Assembly (NCBI GenBank): GCA_046598045.1
Contig: JBKJJJ010000215.1
Location: 1-64,000 of the forward strand
Reading direction: 5' to 3'
Length of the DNA stretch: 64,000 bases
Source: Candidatus Eiseniibacteriota bacterium
GTDB taxonomy: Bacteria; Eisenbacteria; RBG-16-71-46; DASYSL01
A model generated the notes under the pieces. That model had not been told where the DNA came from. It did not search any database and saw only the letters and a list, made by a program, of their open reading frames with translations. A program made the translations under genes and the position numbers. The stretch's first letter is position 1, and every line of letters starts with the position of its first letter. Below, piece after piece: positions 46,101 to 55,293 of the stretch.

Positions 46101-48224
46101 GAATTCGGTCGCGCCCACGTACTGGCTCTGCGGGAAGCGCGCCAGGAAGTCGTCGCACGCGGAGATCGCCGGGCGCAGGTCGGCCTCGGTCGAATCGGAT
46201 TCGTCGAGGGCGATCGCCGACCAGGCCCCGCGCTCGAACAGCGCGACCTCGTAGTCCGCGCGCGCGCGCTCGGCCATCTGTGCGGTGTGGGCCCGCGCGC
46301 GCGCATCGTCGTCGCGCACGGCGGCGAGGCGGGCGAGCGAATCGGCCGAAGTCACCTCGACCGCCGCGCGGTCCGCCGCGGAGGCGCGCTCTGCGAGGTC
46401 CGCCAGCGGCGCGTCCCGGCCGGCGTCCGCCGCGGCGCCGCGCGCGTCTGCCGCAAGCCGGCGCGCCTCGGCCTGGCGCCGGGCGAGGCCTGCGGCGGCG
46501 CCCGCGTTGAGCGCGATCGAGCGCGCTCCGCGCCAGGCGGCGGCATCGCGGGCGGCGCGCGCCTCGGCGCTGTCGGCGAGCGCCTCGAGCCCGGCGGCCT
46601 CGCGCACGAGCGCGGCACGATCGATGGCCTCGAAGGGCTCCTCCCGGCGCTCGGGCGCGGGGGCGGTCAGTGCGGCCAGGGCGCGCGCCCGCCCGGCCCG
46701 GGCGCGCGCGCGCGCGGCGGTGGCGCGGCCCTGTTGCTCGGTGGCGCGCGCGGCGGCCTCGCCCAACGCGCCGGCCCGCCGCCTCGCCCCGGACACCCAG
46801 GCCGCGCTGTCGGCGGGGGAGAGTGTCGCGTTGCGCAGGGAGTCGGACATCGCCGCCAGGTCGCGCGTCACCGCCGCGACCAGCCCGGCGCGGTCGGCGA
46901 CCCGGTCGTCCGCGGCGTACGCGTCGAGCCGCGCCGAGCGCGACGCCGGGGACTCGATCTCGCGCGTCGCCTGCTCGCGGCCGCTCGCCTTGTTCTCGGC
47001 GCGCGCGGCCTCGCCCGCGCCGGTGCGCACCAGCCGGAACGGGAAGGCGGCCTGGTTCGGCGCGTCCGGCATGGGCGGCATCCAGCCCTCGCGCGCGGCC
47101 TGCGCGAGGAAGAACTCCCGCGCCAGGCGGGGGCGGTCGACGTCGAGTTCGAGCGCGCCCTCGAGCACGTCGGTGGCGTCGGTGAGCAGCGCGACGCCCA
47201 CGCCCTCGCCGCGCGAGGCGGCCTCGAGATCGGCGGCGCCGTCGCCCGCGACCGCAGCCGCGATCCGGTACTCGCCCGACTGCGCGCGGCAGCGCGCCTC
47301 GAGCGCGAGCAGGCGCCCGCGCTCGCCGCGGTCACGCGTGCAGGCCTGGGCGTAGTTGAACGCCGCCGCCGCCTCGTGGGCGTGGCCGAGACGGTAATGC
47401 GCATAGCCCGTCAGGATCGCCGCCGGGCAGGAGAGCGTGCGGCTCTTGTCGGTACCGACGCGCTCGACCCAGTGCAGCGCCGTGGCGGCGTTGCCCTGGT
47501 AGTAGGCGAGCGCCGCGCGCCTGAGCGCGGCTTCGGAGACGAGGTCGCCGTCGCCGCGCGCGGCCGCCCGCTCGACCGCGCGCTCGAGCGCCGCCTGCGC
47601 CGCGGCGGTGTCGCCCGCCGCAAGGTGCGCGTGCCCCAGCAGGAGCGACCAGAACGGCCCGGCGGCGGTGGCCTCGAGCGGCTTGCCCCAAGCCTCGGCC
47701 GCGCGCGCGCCGCGGGAGCGTGCGATGCGCTCACCCTGCGCCACCGCGGCGACGAGCCCGAGCGGCCCGCGCGTCGCCGCGGTGGCGGGATCGAGCGCGT
47801 CGGCGCATGGCGCGTCCTCGAGCGCGCACAGGTCGAGCACGGCGCGCGCCCAGGGCGTACCTGCAAACTGGCGCATCAGGAGGTCGCGCTCGCGCTCGGC
47901 GGCCTCGGGCTGGCCGGCTTGCCGCAACGCCTCGGTGCGCGCGAAGCGCAGGGCCGTGGCGGGGATCGACCCGCTCCCGGCAGCGAGCGCCAGCCCCGCG
48001 AGCCGCGCCGCGCGATCCGGCCGGCCGGCCGTGTACTCGAAGAGCGCAGCCCTCGCCCACGCCTCCCCGGGCATCGCGGCGCGCGCAGGCGCGGCGGAGG
48101 CAGCGGCAGCAGGGCGGGCCGGGGCGGCGGGCGCCCCTGCGCATACGGGCGCGACCCACGCCCCCAAGGCCGCGCCCGCGAGGATCAAGGCGCGGTGGAA
48201 CGGCGTTCGACAACGCGGCGTCAT
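43155..48224 (-). CDS. Giant secreted TPR protein (GltD/AgmU-like, with GltE-like C-terminus)
   Basis: Signal peptide, many TPRs, central coiled coil; about 1689 aa from the ATG at 48224, which overlaps the upstream stop. Confidence 0.8.
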   Translation of the reverse strand: MTPRCRTPFHRALILAGAALGAWVAPVCAGAPAAPARPAAAASAAPARAAMPGEAWARAALFEYTAGRPDRAARLAGLALAAGSGSIPATALRFARTEALRQAGQPEAAERERDLLMRQFAGTPWARAVLDLCALEDAPCADALDPATAATRGPLGLVAAVAQGERIARSRGARAAEAWGKPLEATAAGPFWSLLLGHAHLAAGDTAAAQAALERAVERAAARGDGDLVSEAALRRAALAYYQGNAATALHWVERVGTDKSRTLSCPAAILTGYAHYRLGHAHEAAAAFNYAQACTRDRGERGRLLALEARCRAQSGEYRIAAAVAGDGAADLEAASRGEGVGVALLTDATDVLEGALELDVDRPRLAREFFLAQAAREGWMPPMPDAPNQAAFPFRLVRTGAGEAARAENKASGREQATREIESPASRSARLDAYAADDRVADRAGLVAAVTRDLAAMSDSLRNATLSPADSAAWVSGARRRAGALGEAAARATEQQGRATAARARARAGRARALAALTAPAPERREEPFEAIDRAALVREAAGLEALADSAEARAARDAAAWRGARSIALNAGAAAGLARRQAEARRLAADARGAAADAGRDAPLADLAERASAADRAAVEVTSADSLARLAAVRDDDARARAHTAQMAERARADYEVALFERGAWSAIALDESDSTEADLRPAISACDDFLARFPQSQYVGATEFNRADLEVRLAYARARAHGGAPDFAPAVARYERLLTGTPPFARRDAVLFNLAALAREAGDPATSDRRLAELLATAPGTDLAREAHIELGDRALDGERWAEAEGHFGAVAAGGGPLASLARYKQGFAALKRGDAAAATEAFAGLLALPDLPPEIADDGLAQLAKALRQGGGASAADRFLSGHPNPPYAHALLVAMAEQDFDDGAFDAAARAWRLAMEREPTRPENLALAQKVLGAWDARSRPDERELTRVDLGHFFGPGGKGVGLGAEAQDVGARALLEAAFLAHEAGRTRKDMPALTRAVGLYRELARLYPQSDSLALAASSEGEALFDLGRFDESARAHERALAIPGAPADVKREAAFGAALARERVAAADGYRSAGVRDSLERAVTRLESESPGDARVPPLWLSLALGAKEHEDPARARRVFEHVAGRDTSEASRRAQAELGRVALAESRWLDAEKAYAEAAAGYLAAGDRAEETRLSDLAASARFKAAEDQAAGPDSARAASTFRTVADRYPNFARADVALYRAGLAALQGGQPRLADEHLATLRERYPASKLVDDALLKRGDAALAARDTLGAAQVLAGGRLAEGGTLGVEALEQAGRLFRAAGGYTDAEATYRRLIKQSPDGRARTRALADLATLQYELGRRAELAQTLAPWRVGGRLPDGFAPDAEADVRARFVLGRVLADSCLAIPIAHPIKPALDRKLAALGPALENLKAAARTVESPYWAESGYFAGLLLDDLGARLGALPPPSVMASADSAGYRAAIGAQARGFYTRAEDLWIATLEGLPASADTDSVARARRPQGGWRGRIWERLEPRLQQHLPWRLAATDLPGQDGSGGLVAGAEPHVGAVDSTALDAGALEDLRNRLRWISQYVADQQVDLAAQWCEAALKLYPTRAEIWNDLGVVRQLRGSWGEAERAWNKALELDPRQPGALMNRALFGRFYRLDRAAARRDFERFLTLGASFDETLADRMAEEKQP

Positions 48225-49528
48225 GGAGCGGTGGCCGTCACGAAATCGAGCGCCGGCGCCGCGCCGGCGCGTTCGCCGCCGCTGAGCTTGAGGCGCAACA
48301 GCGTCAATTGGCGGAGCGCGAGCGCGCCGCGCCAGGTCACGCTCTGGGTCTTGTGGTCCACGCCCTCGATGTCGACCCTGATCTCGCGCGTCCCGGGGCG
48401 CACCGTGCGGCGCGCGACCTCGGCCCACGCGCCCGCGTCGAGCGCGCGCCATTCGGCGTCGCCGTAGGCGGCGCGCGCGATCTCCGCGCCGTCGACCGAC
48501 AGCTTGATCAGCGCGGGGCGCGCCCGCGCATCGAGCGCGAGGTAGAGTGCGAGCTCGGTCGGGCGCTCGGACGCGAGATCGCGACGCGCAGCCTCGATCC
48601 GCTGGGCGCTGCGCGCGAGCAGGCTGTCGGATTGCGCGGTGCCGGCGCGCGCGCTGGCGAGTGCGGCGGCCTGCGCCTCGACGTCGTTCCCGGCGACGAG
48701 CACGTCCCCGTGGCCGAGCGTGTCGAGGGCGGCGTCCTGGGCGGCGAGGCGCTCGAGCGCCGCGGCCTCGCGCGCCACCAACCAGAGCGGGCGCTCGTCG
48801 CCCGGCTTGCCCCATGTGCCCGTGCCGCCGCCCGAGCGCGCGAGCGCGGCCGCGCCGTGCGCGGACAGCCAGGGCGAGAGCTTAGCGCGTCCGCCCGCGA
48901 GTTCGCCGACCGTCTCCGGCACCTCGCCTTCGCGTTCGAGGATGAGCGTGCCACGCAGCGCGTCGCCGATCCACTCGCGGCCCACGCTCGACCCGGTGCC
49001 GAATCCGAACAGCCAGGTGGTACGCCGGGGGCCGTCGGGCAGCGACAGGCCGTTCGACAGCATCGCGATGCGCAGCGGGCCGGTCGCCCGGGCGCGCACG
49101 AACTCCGGGTCCTTGCCGGCACGCTGGATCGCGTTGAACCCGTCCAACCAGCCATCCTCGAGCGCCGGCGGCGAGAACGGAAACGCGAGCTCGAACCACA
49201 TCGCCGCACCGCCACGCCGCACCGTCCAGCCGCGCGTCCGCCGGCCCTGCGGCGACCAGAACAGGTAGGTCCACGACTCGGCCGTCCCGTCCGCCCACAG
49301 CGAAGCGGAGGCCTCGAGGTACACGAGCGTGGCGTCGGGTTGCCAGCCGCGGGCGAGCGCGCGCGCGGTCTCGAGCCCATCGCGCGCCTTGAGCCCGATG
49401 CCCTCGGGTTTGGGCACGAGCGAGAGGCTCGCCGCGCCGGCATGCGGCGCCACGGCGAGCGCGCCGAGAAGAGCCAGCACGGGGAGCAACGCGCGGCGCT
49501 GGCGTGCGAAGGGCAAGTGGGGCGACAT
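48221..49528 (-). CDS. Secreted hypothetical protein, first gene of the TPR-ExbBD operon
   Basis: Signal peptide; C-domain ELALYL...IKLSVDGAEIARAAYGDAEWRALDAGAW...PGTREIRVDIEG. Confidence 0.7.
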   Translation of the reverse strand: MSPHLPFARQRRALLPVLALLGALAVAPHAGAASLSLVPKPEGIGLKARDGLETARALARGWQPDATLVYLEASASLWADGTAESWTYLFWSPQGRRTRGWTVRRGGAAMWFELAFPFSPPALEDGWLDGFNAIQRAGKDPEFVRARATGPLRIAMLSNGLSLPDGPRRTTWLFGFGTGSSVGREWIGDALRGTLILEREGEVPETVGELAGGRAKLSPWLSAHGAAALARSGGGTGTWGKPGDERPLWLVAREAAALERLAAQDAALDTLGHGDVLVAGNDVEAQAAALASARAGTAQSDSLLARSAQRIEAARRDLASERPTELALYLALDARARPALIKLSVDGAEIARAAYGDAEWRALDAGAWAEVARRTVRPGTREIRVDIEGVDHKTQSVTWRGALALRQLTLLRLKLSGGERAGAAPALDFVTATAP

Positions 49529-49577
49529 CGGACACTCCGATCCCTGGGGTTTGCGAGCCGACGGAAGACGCTCTCCA

Positions 49578-49604
49578 TTATCGGCGGCAACGGCTTCGCG
49601 CTGA
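49578..49604 (-). promoter_or_regulatory. Sigma28 (FliA/SigD)-type promoter
   Basis: Minus strand TCAG-15 bp-GCCGATAA, about 50 nt upstream of the operon's first ATG. Confidence 0.6.
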
Positions 49605-49732
49605 ACCGTCACGGAACGGCTCAAGTGCCGTGGCCAAAACCTCTTATCGCTAAATTGCACGACTGGCCGCGGGTCCCGACGCATGGCATACTGCCGGGCC
49701 GACACCGGAGTTCCGCCGGTCAGGGAGGGTTC

Positions 49733-52123
49733 GTGGGACGAAAGCTGTTGGGCTTCTCGATCGTGCTGCTGGCGCTCCTGACCATGCTCGGCATGTACGC
49801 CGCGTGGTCGGTGCGCGCCACCCTGCCGCCCGCAGAGGAGTCCCTCGCGCTCAAGGCGCCGCCGGGCCTCCCGGGCGGGACGGTCACGCTCGTGTACGAC
49901 GCGCTCGGCGTGCCCACGATCCAAGCCCACAATGAGATCGGCGTCGCGTTCGGTCAAGGCTGGGCGCATGCCCGGGACCGGCGCTTCCAGATGGAGCTCT
50001 ACCGCCGAACCGCCCTCGGTCGCCTGTCGGAGTGGGTGGGCCCGGGGCTCCTGTCCTCCGACCGGCAGTTCCGTGCGTTCGGGTTCGCGGAGGTCGCCGA
50101 CTCGGCCGTGGCCCGGCTCACGCCGGCGCGGCGCGCCCTGTTCGACGCCTACGCCGCGGGGGTCAACGCCTACGACGCGGGGCATCGACCCGCGCCCGAG
50201 TTCCTCGTGTTCGGCGCGCCGGCGCCGTGGAGCGCGCGCGACATCGTGCTCACGACCATGCTCATGCTCGAGGACCTGACCTGGGACCAGGCGGACGAGG
50301 AGCGAATCACCGAGCGCATGGACGCCACGCTTCCGCCCTCGGTGGTCGCGTTCCTGCGCCCCGTGACCACGCCGATCGACGAGCCGCTCGCCGCCGGACC
50401 GGCGCCCCCGGTCCCGCCCACGCCGACGCCAGCCGAGTTCGACACCCGCGCGCCGCGTGCGAGCGGGCCGAGGCCAGGCGGCAACGGGATCGACCAGCGG
50501 CTCGCGGTCGTGGTCGACCGCCACGACAAGGGCAGCAACAACTGGGCGATCGCAGGCGCTCGCACGGCGAGCGGCCGGGCGCTGGTCGCAGGCGATCCCC
50601 ACCTCTCGCTGCGCGTTCCCGTGATCTGGCACCGCCAGCGGCTCGAGGGGCCCGGGCTCGCCGTGACCGGGGTCACGCTGCCCGGCGTGCCCGGCGTGGT
50701 GTTCGGCAGCAACGGCCGGATCGCGTGGACCGGCACGAACGTCGAGGGCGACTTCGTGGACCTCGTGCGCTGCGTGCCACTCGCGTCCGACAGCAGCCGC
50801 TACGCCGGCCCGGCCGGGCCGGAGCGCTTCGGTGAGCGGCGCGAGGTGATCGCGGTGCGCGGCGCGCGCGCGGACACACTGCTCGTGCGCACGACGCGGT
50901 TCGGACCGGTGGTGGCGCGCTCGGCGCGCGGCGGGTGGCTCGCCGCGCAATGGATCGCGCTCGACCCGACGATGTACGACACGGACCTGTTCGGCCTCGA
51001 TCGCGCCGGGAGCGCGCGCGAGTTCATCACGGCGCTCCTGGGCTATGGCGGCCCGCCGCTCAATTTCGTGGTCGGAGACACGAGCGGGACGATCGCGTGG
51101 CAGATCGGCGGCCGCGTCCCGCGCCGCACGGGCTACGACCCCGCTCGTCCGCGCGAGGCCGACGACGCCTCGGGCGGGTGGACGGGCTCGGATCCCGCGG
51201 ACTCCGCGCTCGGCTCCTTCGCCCCCGGGGCGGGCTACGTTGCCACCTCGAACCAGCGCACGACGGGCGGCGCCGCGTGGTCGCGCCTGGCCGGCATGCC
51301 GGCGATGCCGTGGCGCGCCCACCGCGTCTCCTCCGTCCTCGCCGCCCGCACGGGCTGGACCGCAGCCGAATGCGCGCGGTTGCAGATCGACGTCGACGAC
51401 GCGTTCCTGGGGACCACGGCGCAGGCGCTCGCGCGCGCGCTCACGCCCGGGGCGGTGCGCGGCGACTCGACGCTCGAGGACGCGCGGCGCATCGTCGCCG
51501 CGTGGGAGCATCGCGCGGACACGACCTCGGTCGCGCACGCCTACCTGCGTTACGCGCGGGGCGAGCTGACGCGGCTCCTGGTCGAGCCTATGATCGCGCC
51601 GTGCCTTGCGGCGGACAGCCTGTTCGAGTACGACTGGGCGCTGTCCGACGAGGTGGCGCGCCGGATGCTCCTGGAGCGACCGCTCCACCTGCTCGATCCG
51701 CGCTACGAGGATTACGACGCGCTCGTGCGCGACGCCGCTCGCGGCGCCGCCCGGCTGCTGCGCGCGCGGGCTCCCGGAGCGCCCCTGGGCCGCATCGCGT
51801 GGGGCCGCGTCAATCGCGCCGACATCGCGCATCCGCTCGGGCTCGCCGTGCCCGCGCTCGGGCGCTGGCTGGACCTGCCGCGCGTCGCGCTCGCGGGCGG
51901 TTCGAATTGCGTGCGGGTCGCGCGGCCGCGCTCGGGCGCGTCCATGCGCATGGTGGCCGATCTCTCGGACCGGGCGCGTTCGACGTTCGCGCTGCCCGGC
52001 GGGCAGAGCGGGCACTTTCTCTCGCCCCACTACGCGGACGAGTTCCCGGACTGGGTGGCGGGCCGCACCACGCCGCTCGAGCCCGGCGCCCCCGCGCACC
52101 GGGTCACGCTCCAGCTTCGTTAG
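49733..52123 (+). CDS. Penicillin acylase family (peptidase S45) Ntn-hydrolase
   Basis: D.LGVPTI, GWAHARDRRFQM, GSNNWAI, GDPHL and PGGQSGH..SPHY; GTG start after GGAGG. Confidence 0.93.
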   Translation: MGRKLLGFSIVLLALLTMLGMYAAWSVRATLPPAEESLALKAPPGLPGGTVTLVYDALGVPTIQAHNEIGVAFGQGWAHARDRRFQMELYRRTALGRLSEWVGPGLLSSDRQFRAFGFAEVADSAVARLTPARRALFDAYAAGVNAYDAGHRPAPEFLVFGAPAPWSARDIVLTTMLMLEDLTWDQADEERITERMDATLPPSVVAFLRPVTTPIDEPLAAGPAPPVPPTPTPAEFDTRAPRASGPRPGGNGIDQRLAVVVDRHDKGSNNWAIAGARTASGRALVAGDPHLSLRVPVIWHRQRLEGPGLAVTGVTLPGVPGVVFGSNGRIAWTGTNVEGDFVDLVRCVPLASDSSRYAGPAGPERFGERREVIAVRGARADTLLVRTTRFGPVVARSARGGWLAAQWIALDPTMYDTDLFGLDRAGSAREFITALLGYGGPPLNFVVGDTSGTIAWQIGGRVPRRTGYDPARPREADDASGGWTGSDPADSALGSFAPGAGYVATSNQRTTGGAAWSRLAGMPAMPWRAHRVSSVLAARTGWTAAECARLQIDVDDAFLGTTAQALARALTPGAVRGDSTLEDARRIVAAWEHRADTTSVAHAYLRYARGELTRLLVEPMIAPCLAADSLFEYDWALSDEVARRMLLERPLHLLDPRYEDYDALVRDAARGAARLLRARAPGAPLGRIAWGRVNRADIAHPLGLAVPALGRWLDLPRVALAGGSNCVRVARPRSGASMRMVADLSDRARSTFALPGGQSGHFLSPHYADEFPDWVAGRTTPLEPGAPAHRVTLQLR

Positions 52124-52133
52124 GCGGACCGCG

Positions 52134-53717
52134 TCAGGCGAAGGCGAGCAGCGTCGCGATCAGGAGTACGAGCGCGAACCAGCCAAGCGGATCGCCCGTC
52201 CCCGCGCCCGCCAGCAGCGGCCACAATTGCGCGAAAAAGAACCACACCAGCCATCCCGTCGGCAGCAGCAACTCGGCCGTCGACGCCCAGGCGCGCGGTC
52301 TGAGCGCCCGCGGCGAACTGGGCTCGGGCCGCCAGTCCCCCTGGATCGCGGCGAGGATGCCGTCGAGCACGACCGCCTGGTCGAGGTACCCGAGGTGCGT
52401 GCTGAACGGGTTCGGCAGCGGCCCGCAGGCGACCGCGACGTTGCGCACCGGGGCGGCCATCGCGCGGTCATTCGGACTCTCGAGGCGACCAGCGACGAAG
52501 TCGGCCGGGTCGTAGTAGTTGTCCCACGCGAGCCCGCCGGGCCGCTCGTCGAACGGTGCGGCGCGCGTGTCGGAGCGCTGGGCCTCGAGCACGCGCGCAA
52601 ACGTCGGGTCGTTCTTGTCGTCCATGAAGTGGAAGAATCGGATCTTGTCGACCGGCGAGCCGTAGGTCACCACCCGCGCCAGCTTGAGCAACGCAGGCTT
52701 CGACATCGGGCCACCGGCCGCGGCCTCGAGCGTGAGCGCGCGCAGCGCGTCCCACGCCACGACCGAGCCCAGGCTGTGCCCGACCAGCACCACGCGATCG
52801 CAATCGGGATCGTCGAGCGCGCGGCGCAGCGCGCCCATGGTCTCGGCGAGCACGGCCGCGTGCGCGCGGTGGCGCTCCGACGCCTCGGTGTAGGTCGCGT
52901 ACACCTCGACGTCGCCGAGCGTGTTGACGAGCATGCGGGCGAACGGAAACGCGCCCAGCCAGGCGGCGAGCGTGGCGAGCGTCACCAGCAGCGCCCCGGC
53001 GCTGGTGGGTGGATGGAGCAGCCGCTGCGCCAGCCATGCCGCGGTCAGCGGGGTGGCGAGCAGCGCCGCCGCGAGCGCGAGCAGCAGTGGCGCCGCGCGC
53101 ACGAGCGTGACCAGCATGAGGGAGCGGAAGCGGGCGAGCCAGCGCCGGGCCGCGCGCTCCTTGGCCTCGAGCTCGGCCGGTCCGCCCGCGCCGCCCGCCG
53201 CCGAGTGGCGCCGCTCGAGGTCGGAAAGGAACGCGCCGAAGTGCCCGGCCGCGCCCCATCCCATGTGCGCGCGCGACTGCGCCGCGAACGCGAGGTAATC
53301 GTCGATCAGGCGGCGCTCGAGATCGTCGAGCCCGCTCCTGTCCTCCTGCAACGCGGTGATCTTGAGTTCGGGGTGGCTCGACCAGCGCGCGGCAAGGTAG
53401 CGGAGCGGACGCAGGCCCCGGCCGCGCAACCAGCGCACGAGCGACCGGAAGTTCGTCTGCCCGGCCACCAGCGGAGCCCAGTACGCGTCGTGGAAGACGA
53501 CCCGCCGCCCGGCGAGCTCGGCGGTGAGCATGGCGCGCGCCCGCGGTGCGGACGGCCCGTCGTCGCGCCACGCGAGTCCGACCCCGGGGTCGGGCGCGCC
53601 CGCATGCCAGGCCAGGCGCGTCGCGAGTTGCGCGGCATCGGCATAGCGACGCTGCTCGCCCATGCCGTGCACGAACACGACCGCGACGGATTTCGGGGGC
53701 GTCCCGGGCGTATCCAT
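52134..53717 (-). CDS. Membrane-associated alpha/beta-hydrolase fold protein
   Basis: VVFVHGMG, GHSLGS, VTYGSP, D.VA and H.GY, plus TM hairpins. Confidence 0.7.
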   Translation of the reverse strand: MDTPGTPPKSVAVVFVHGMGEQRRYADAAQLATRLAWHAGAPDPGVGLAWRDDGPSAPRARAMLTAELAGRRVVFHDAYWAPLVAGQTNFRSLVRWLRGRGLRPLRYLAARWSSHPELKITALQEDRSGLDDLERRLIDDYLAFAAQSRAHMGWGAAGHFGAFLSDLERRHSAAGGAGGPAELEAKERAARRWLARFRSLMLVTLVRAAPLLLALAAALLATPLTAAWLAQRLLHPPTSAGALLVTLATLAAWLGAFPFARMLVNTLGDVEVYATYTEASERHRAHAAVLAETMGALRRALDDPDCDRVVLVGHSLGSVVAWDALRALTLEAAAGGPMSKPALLKLARVVTYGSPVDKIRFFHFMDDKNDPTFARVLEAQRSDTRAAPFDERPGGLAWDNYYDPADFVAGRLESPNDRAMAAPVRNVAVACGPLPNPFSTHLGYLDQAVVLDGILAAIQGDWRPEPSSPRALRPRAWASTAELLLPTGWLVWFFFAQLWPLLAGAGTGDPLGWFALVLLIATLLAFA

Positions 53718-53840
53718 CCGCCGGTGGTACTCCGCCCGGAGTGCCGCGTCAATCCCCTCCTCCGGGGGCGCGGGGCAGGCGGACGGGACTTTGTGCTAGA
53801 TTTCATCCCCGGGGCCGCCCTTGCGGCCGCACGGAGGTCC

Positions 53841-55271
53841 ATGAACCGTCGCACCAAGATCGTCTGCACCCTCGGCCCGGCCACATCCTCGCGCGAAAGG
53901 ATCGAAGAACTCGTGCGCGCGGGCATGGATGTGGCCCGCCTGAACCTGTCCCACGGCACCCACGACGACCATCGCGCCGTCTACAACCACCTGCGGGACG
54001 TCTCCGACTCGACCGGCCGGGCCATCGGGATCCTGCTCGACCTGCAGGGGCCCAAGATCCGCCTCGGCGAGTTCGCCGGCGGCGAGGCCGAGCTCGAGCC
54101 CGGTGCGACGTTCACCATCACCACCCGCAGCGACGAGGCCGAGCACGGCAACGCGCGGCTGGCCGCGACCACCTATGCCGACCTCGCGCGCGACGTGAAG
54201 CCGGGCGATGCGCTGCTGATCGACGACGGCAACATCCGCCTCGAGGTCCTCGAGACCGATGGCGTGCGGGTCACCACGCGCGTGGTCGAGGGCGGGCCGG
54301 TCAAGGACCACAAGGGCATCAACCTGCCGGGCGCGAACGTGTCCGCGCCCGCGCTCTCCGACAAGGACAAGGCCGATCTCGAGTTCGGGCTCTCGCTGCG
54401 CGTCGACCTGGTCGCGCTCTCGTTCGTGCGCCGGCCGGAGGACGTGATCGAGGTGCGCGAGTTCATGGCCGCCCGCGGCGCGGAGCTGCCGATCATCGTC
54501 AAGCTCGAGAAACCCGAGGCGGTGGTGCGCCTGCGCGAGATCCTCGAGGTCGCGGACGCGCTGATGGTCGCGCGCGGCGACCTCGGCGTGGAGATGCCGC
54601 TCGAGCGCGTGCCCGCGATCCAGAAGCAGTCGATCCTGCTCGCACGCCGCATGGGCAAGCCGGTGATCGTCGCCACCCAGATGCTCGAGTCCATGATCGA
54701 GCACTCGCGCCCGACGCGCGCCGAGGCGTCGGACGTGGCGAACGCGATCCTCGACGGCGCGGACGCGGTCATGCTCTCGGGCGAGACCAGCGTCGGCGAG
54801 CACCCGATCGAGGCCGTGCGCGTGATGTCGCGCATCATCGACGCCACCGAGTCGGGTGCGGTCGAGGCCCTGCGCGACCGGCGCCAGCCGCCGGCGACGA
54901 CCAAGCAGGAGGCGGTCGCCGAGTCCGCGGTGCGCGCGGCCCAGGAGCTGCAGGCCGCGGCGGTCGCGGTGTTCACGCAGACCGGGGTCGCGGTGCGCCT
55001 GGTCGCGAAGTACCGGCCCGGCCCGCCGCTGCTCGCGTTCACCACCGAGTCCGCGGTGCGCAGCCAGCTCACGTTGGTGTGGGGGGCGGAGACGTTCGTC
55101 GTGCCCACGGTCGGCCACACCGACGAGATGGTGCGGCAGGTCGAGCGCGCGTTGATCGACCTCGGGCGGGCGAAGGAGGGCGACCTCGTGGTGATCGTCG
55201 CCGGCACGCCGCCGGGTCGCCGCGGGACCACGAACATGATGAAGATCCACCGGCTCGGCGAACCGAGCTAG
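53841..55271 (+). CDS. pyk: Pyruvate kinase
   Basis: RRTKIVCTLGPAT, RLNLSHG, DLQGPKIR, MVARGDLGVE, ATQMLESM and MLSGET. Confidence 0.98.
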   Translation: MNRRTKIVCTLGPATSSRERIEELVRAGMDVARLNLSHGTHDDHRAVYNHLRDVSDSTGRAIGILLDLQGPKIRLGEFAGGEAELEPGATFTITTRSDEAEHGNARLAATTYADLARDVKPGDALLIDDGNIRLEVLETDGVRVTTRVVEGGPVKDHKGINLPGANVSAPALSDKDKADLEFGLSLRVDLVALSFVRRPEDVIEVREFMAARGAELPIIVKLEKPEAVVRLREILEVADALMVARGDLGVEMPLERVPAIQKQSILLARRMGKPVIVATQMLESMIEHSRPTRAEASDVANAILDGADAVMLSGETSVGEHPIEAVRVMSRIIDATESGAVEALRDRRQPPATTKQEAVAESAVRAAQELQAAAVAVFTQTGVAVRLVAKYRPGPPLLAFTTESAVRSQLTLVWGAETFVVPTVGHTDEMVRQVERALIDLGRAKEGDLVVIVAGTPPGRRGTTNMMKIHRLGEPS

Positions 55272-55293
55272 CATCCCAGTCCCCGGAGGAACC

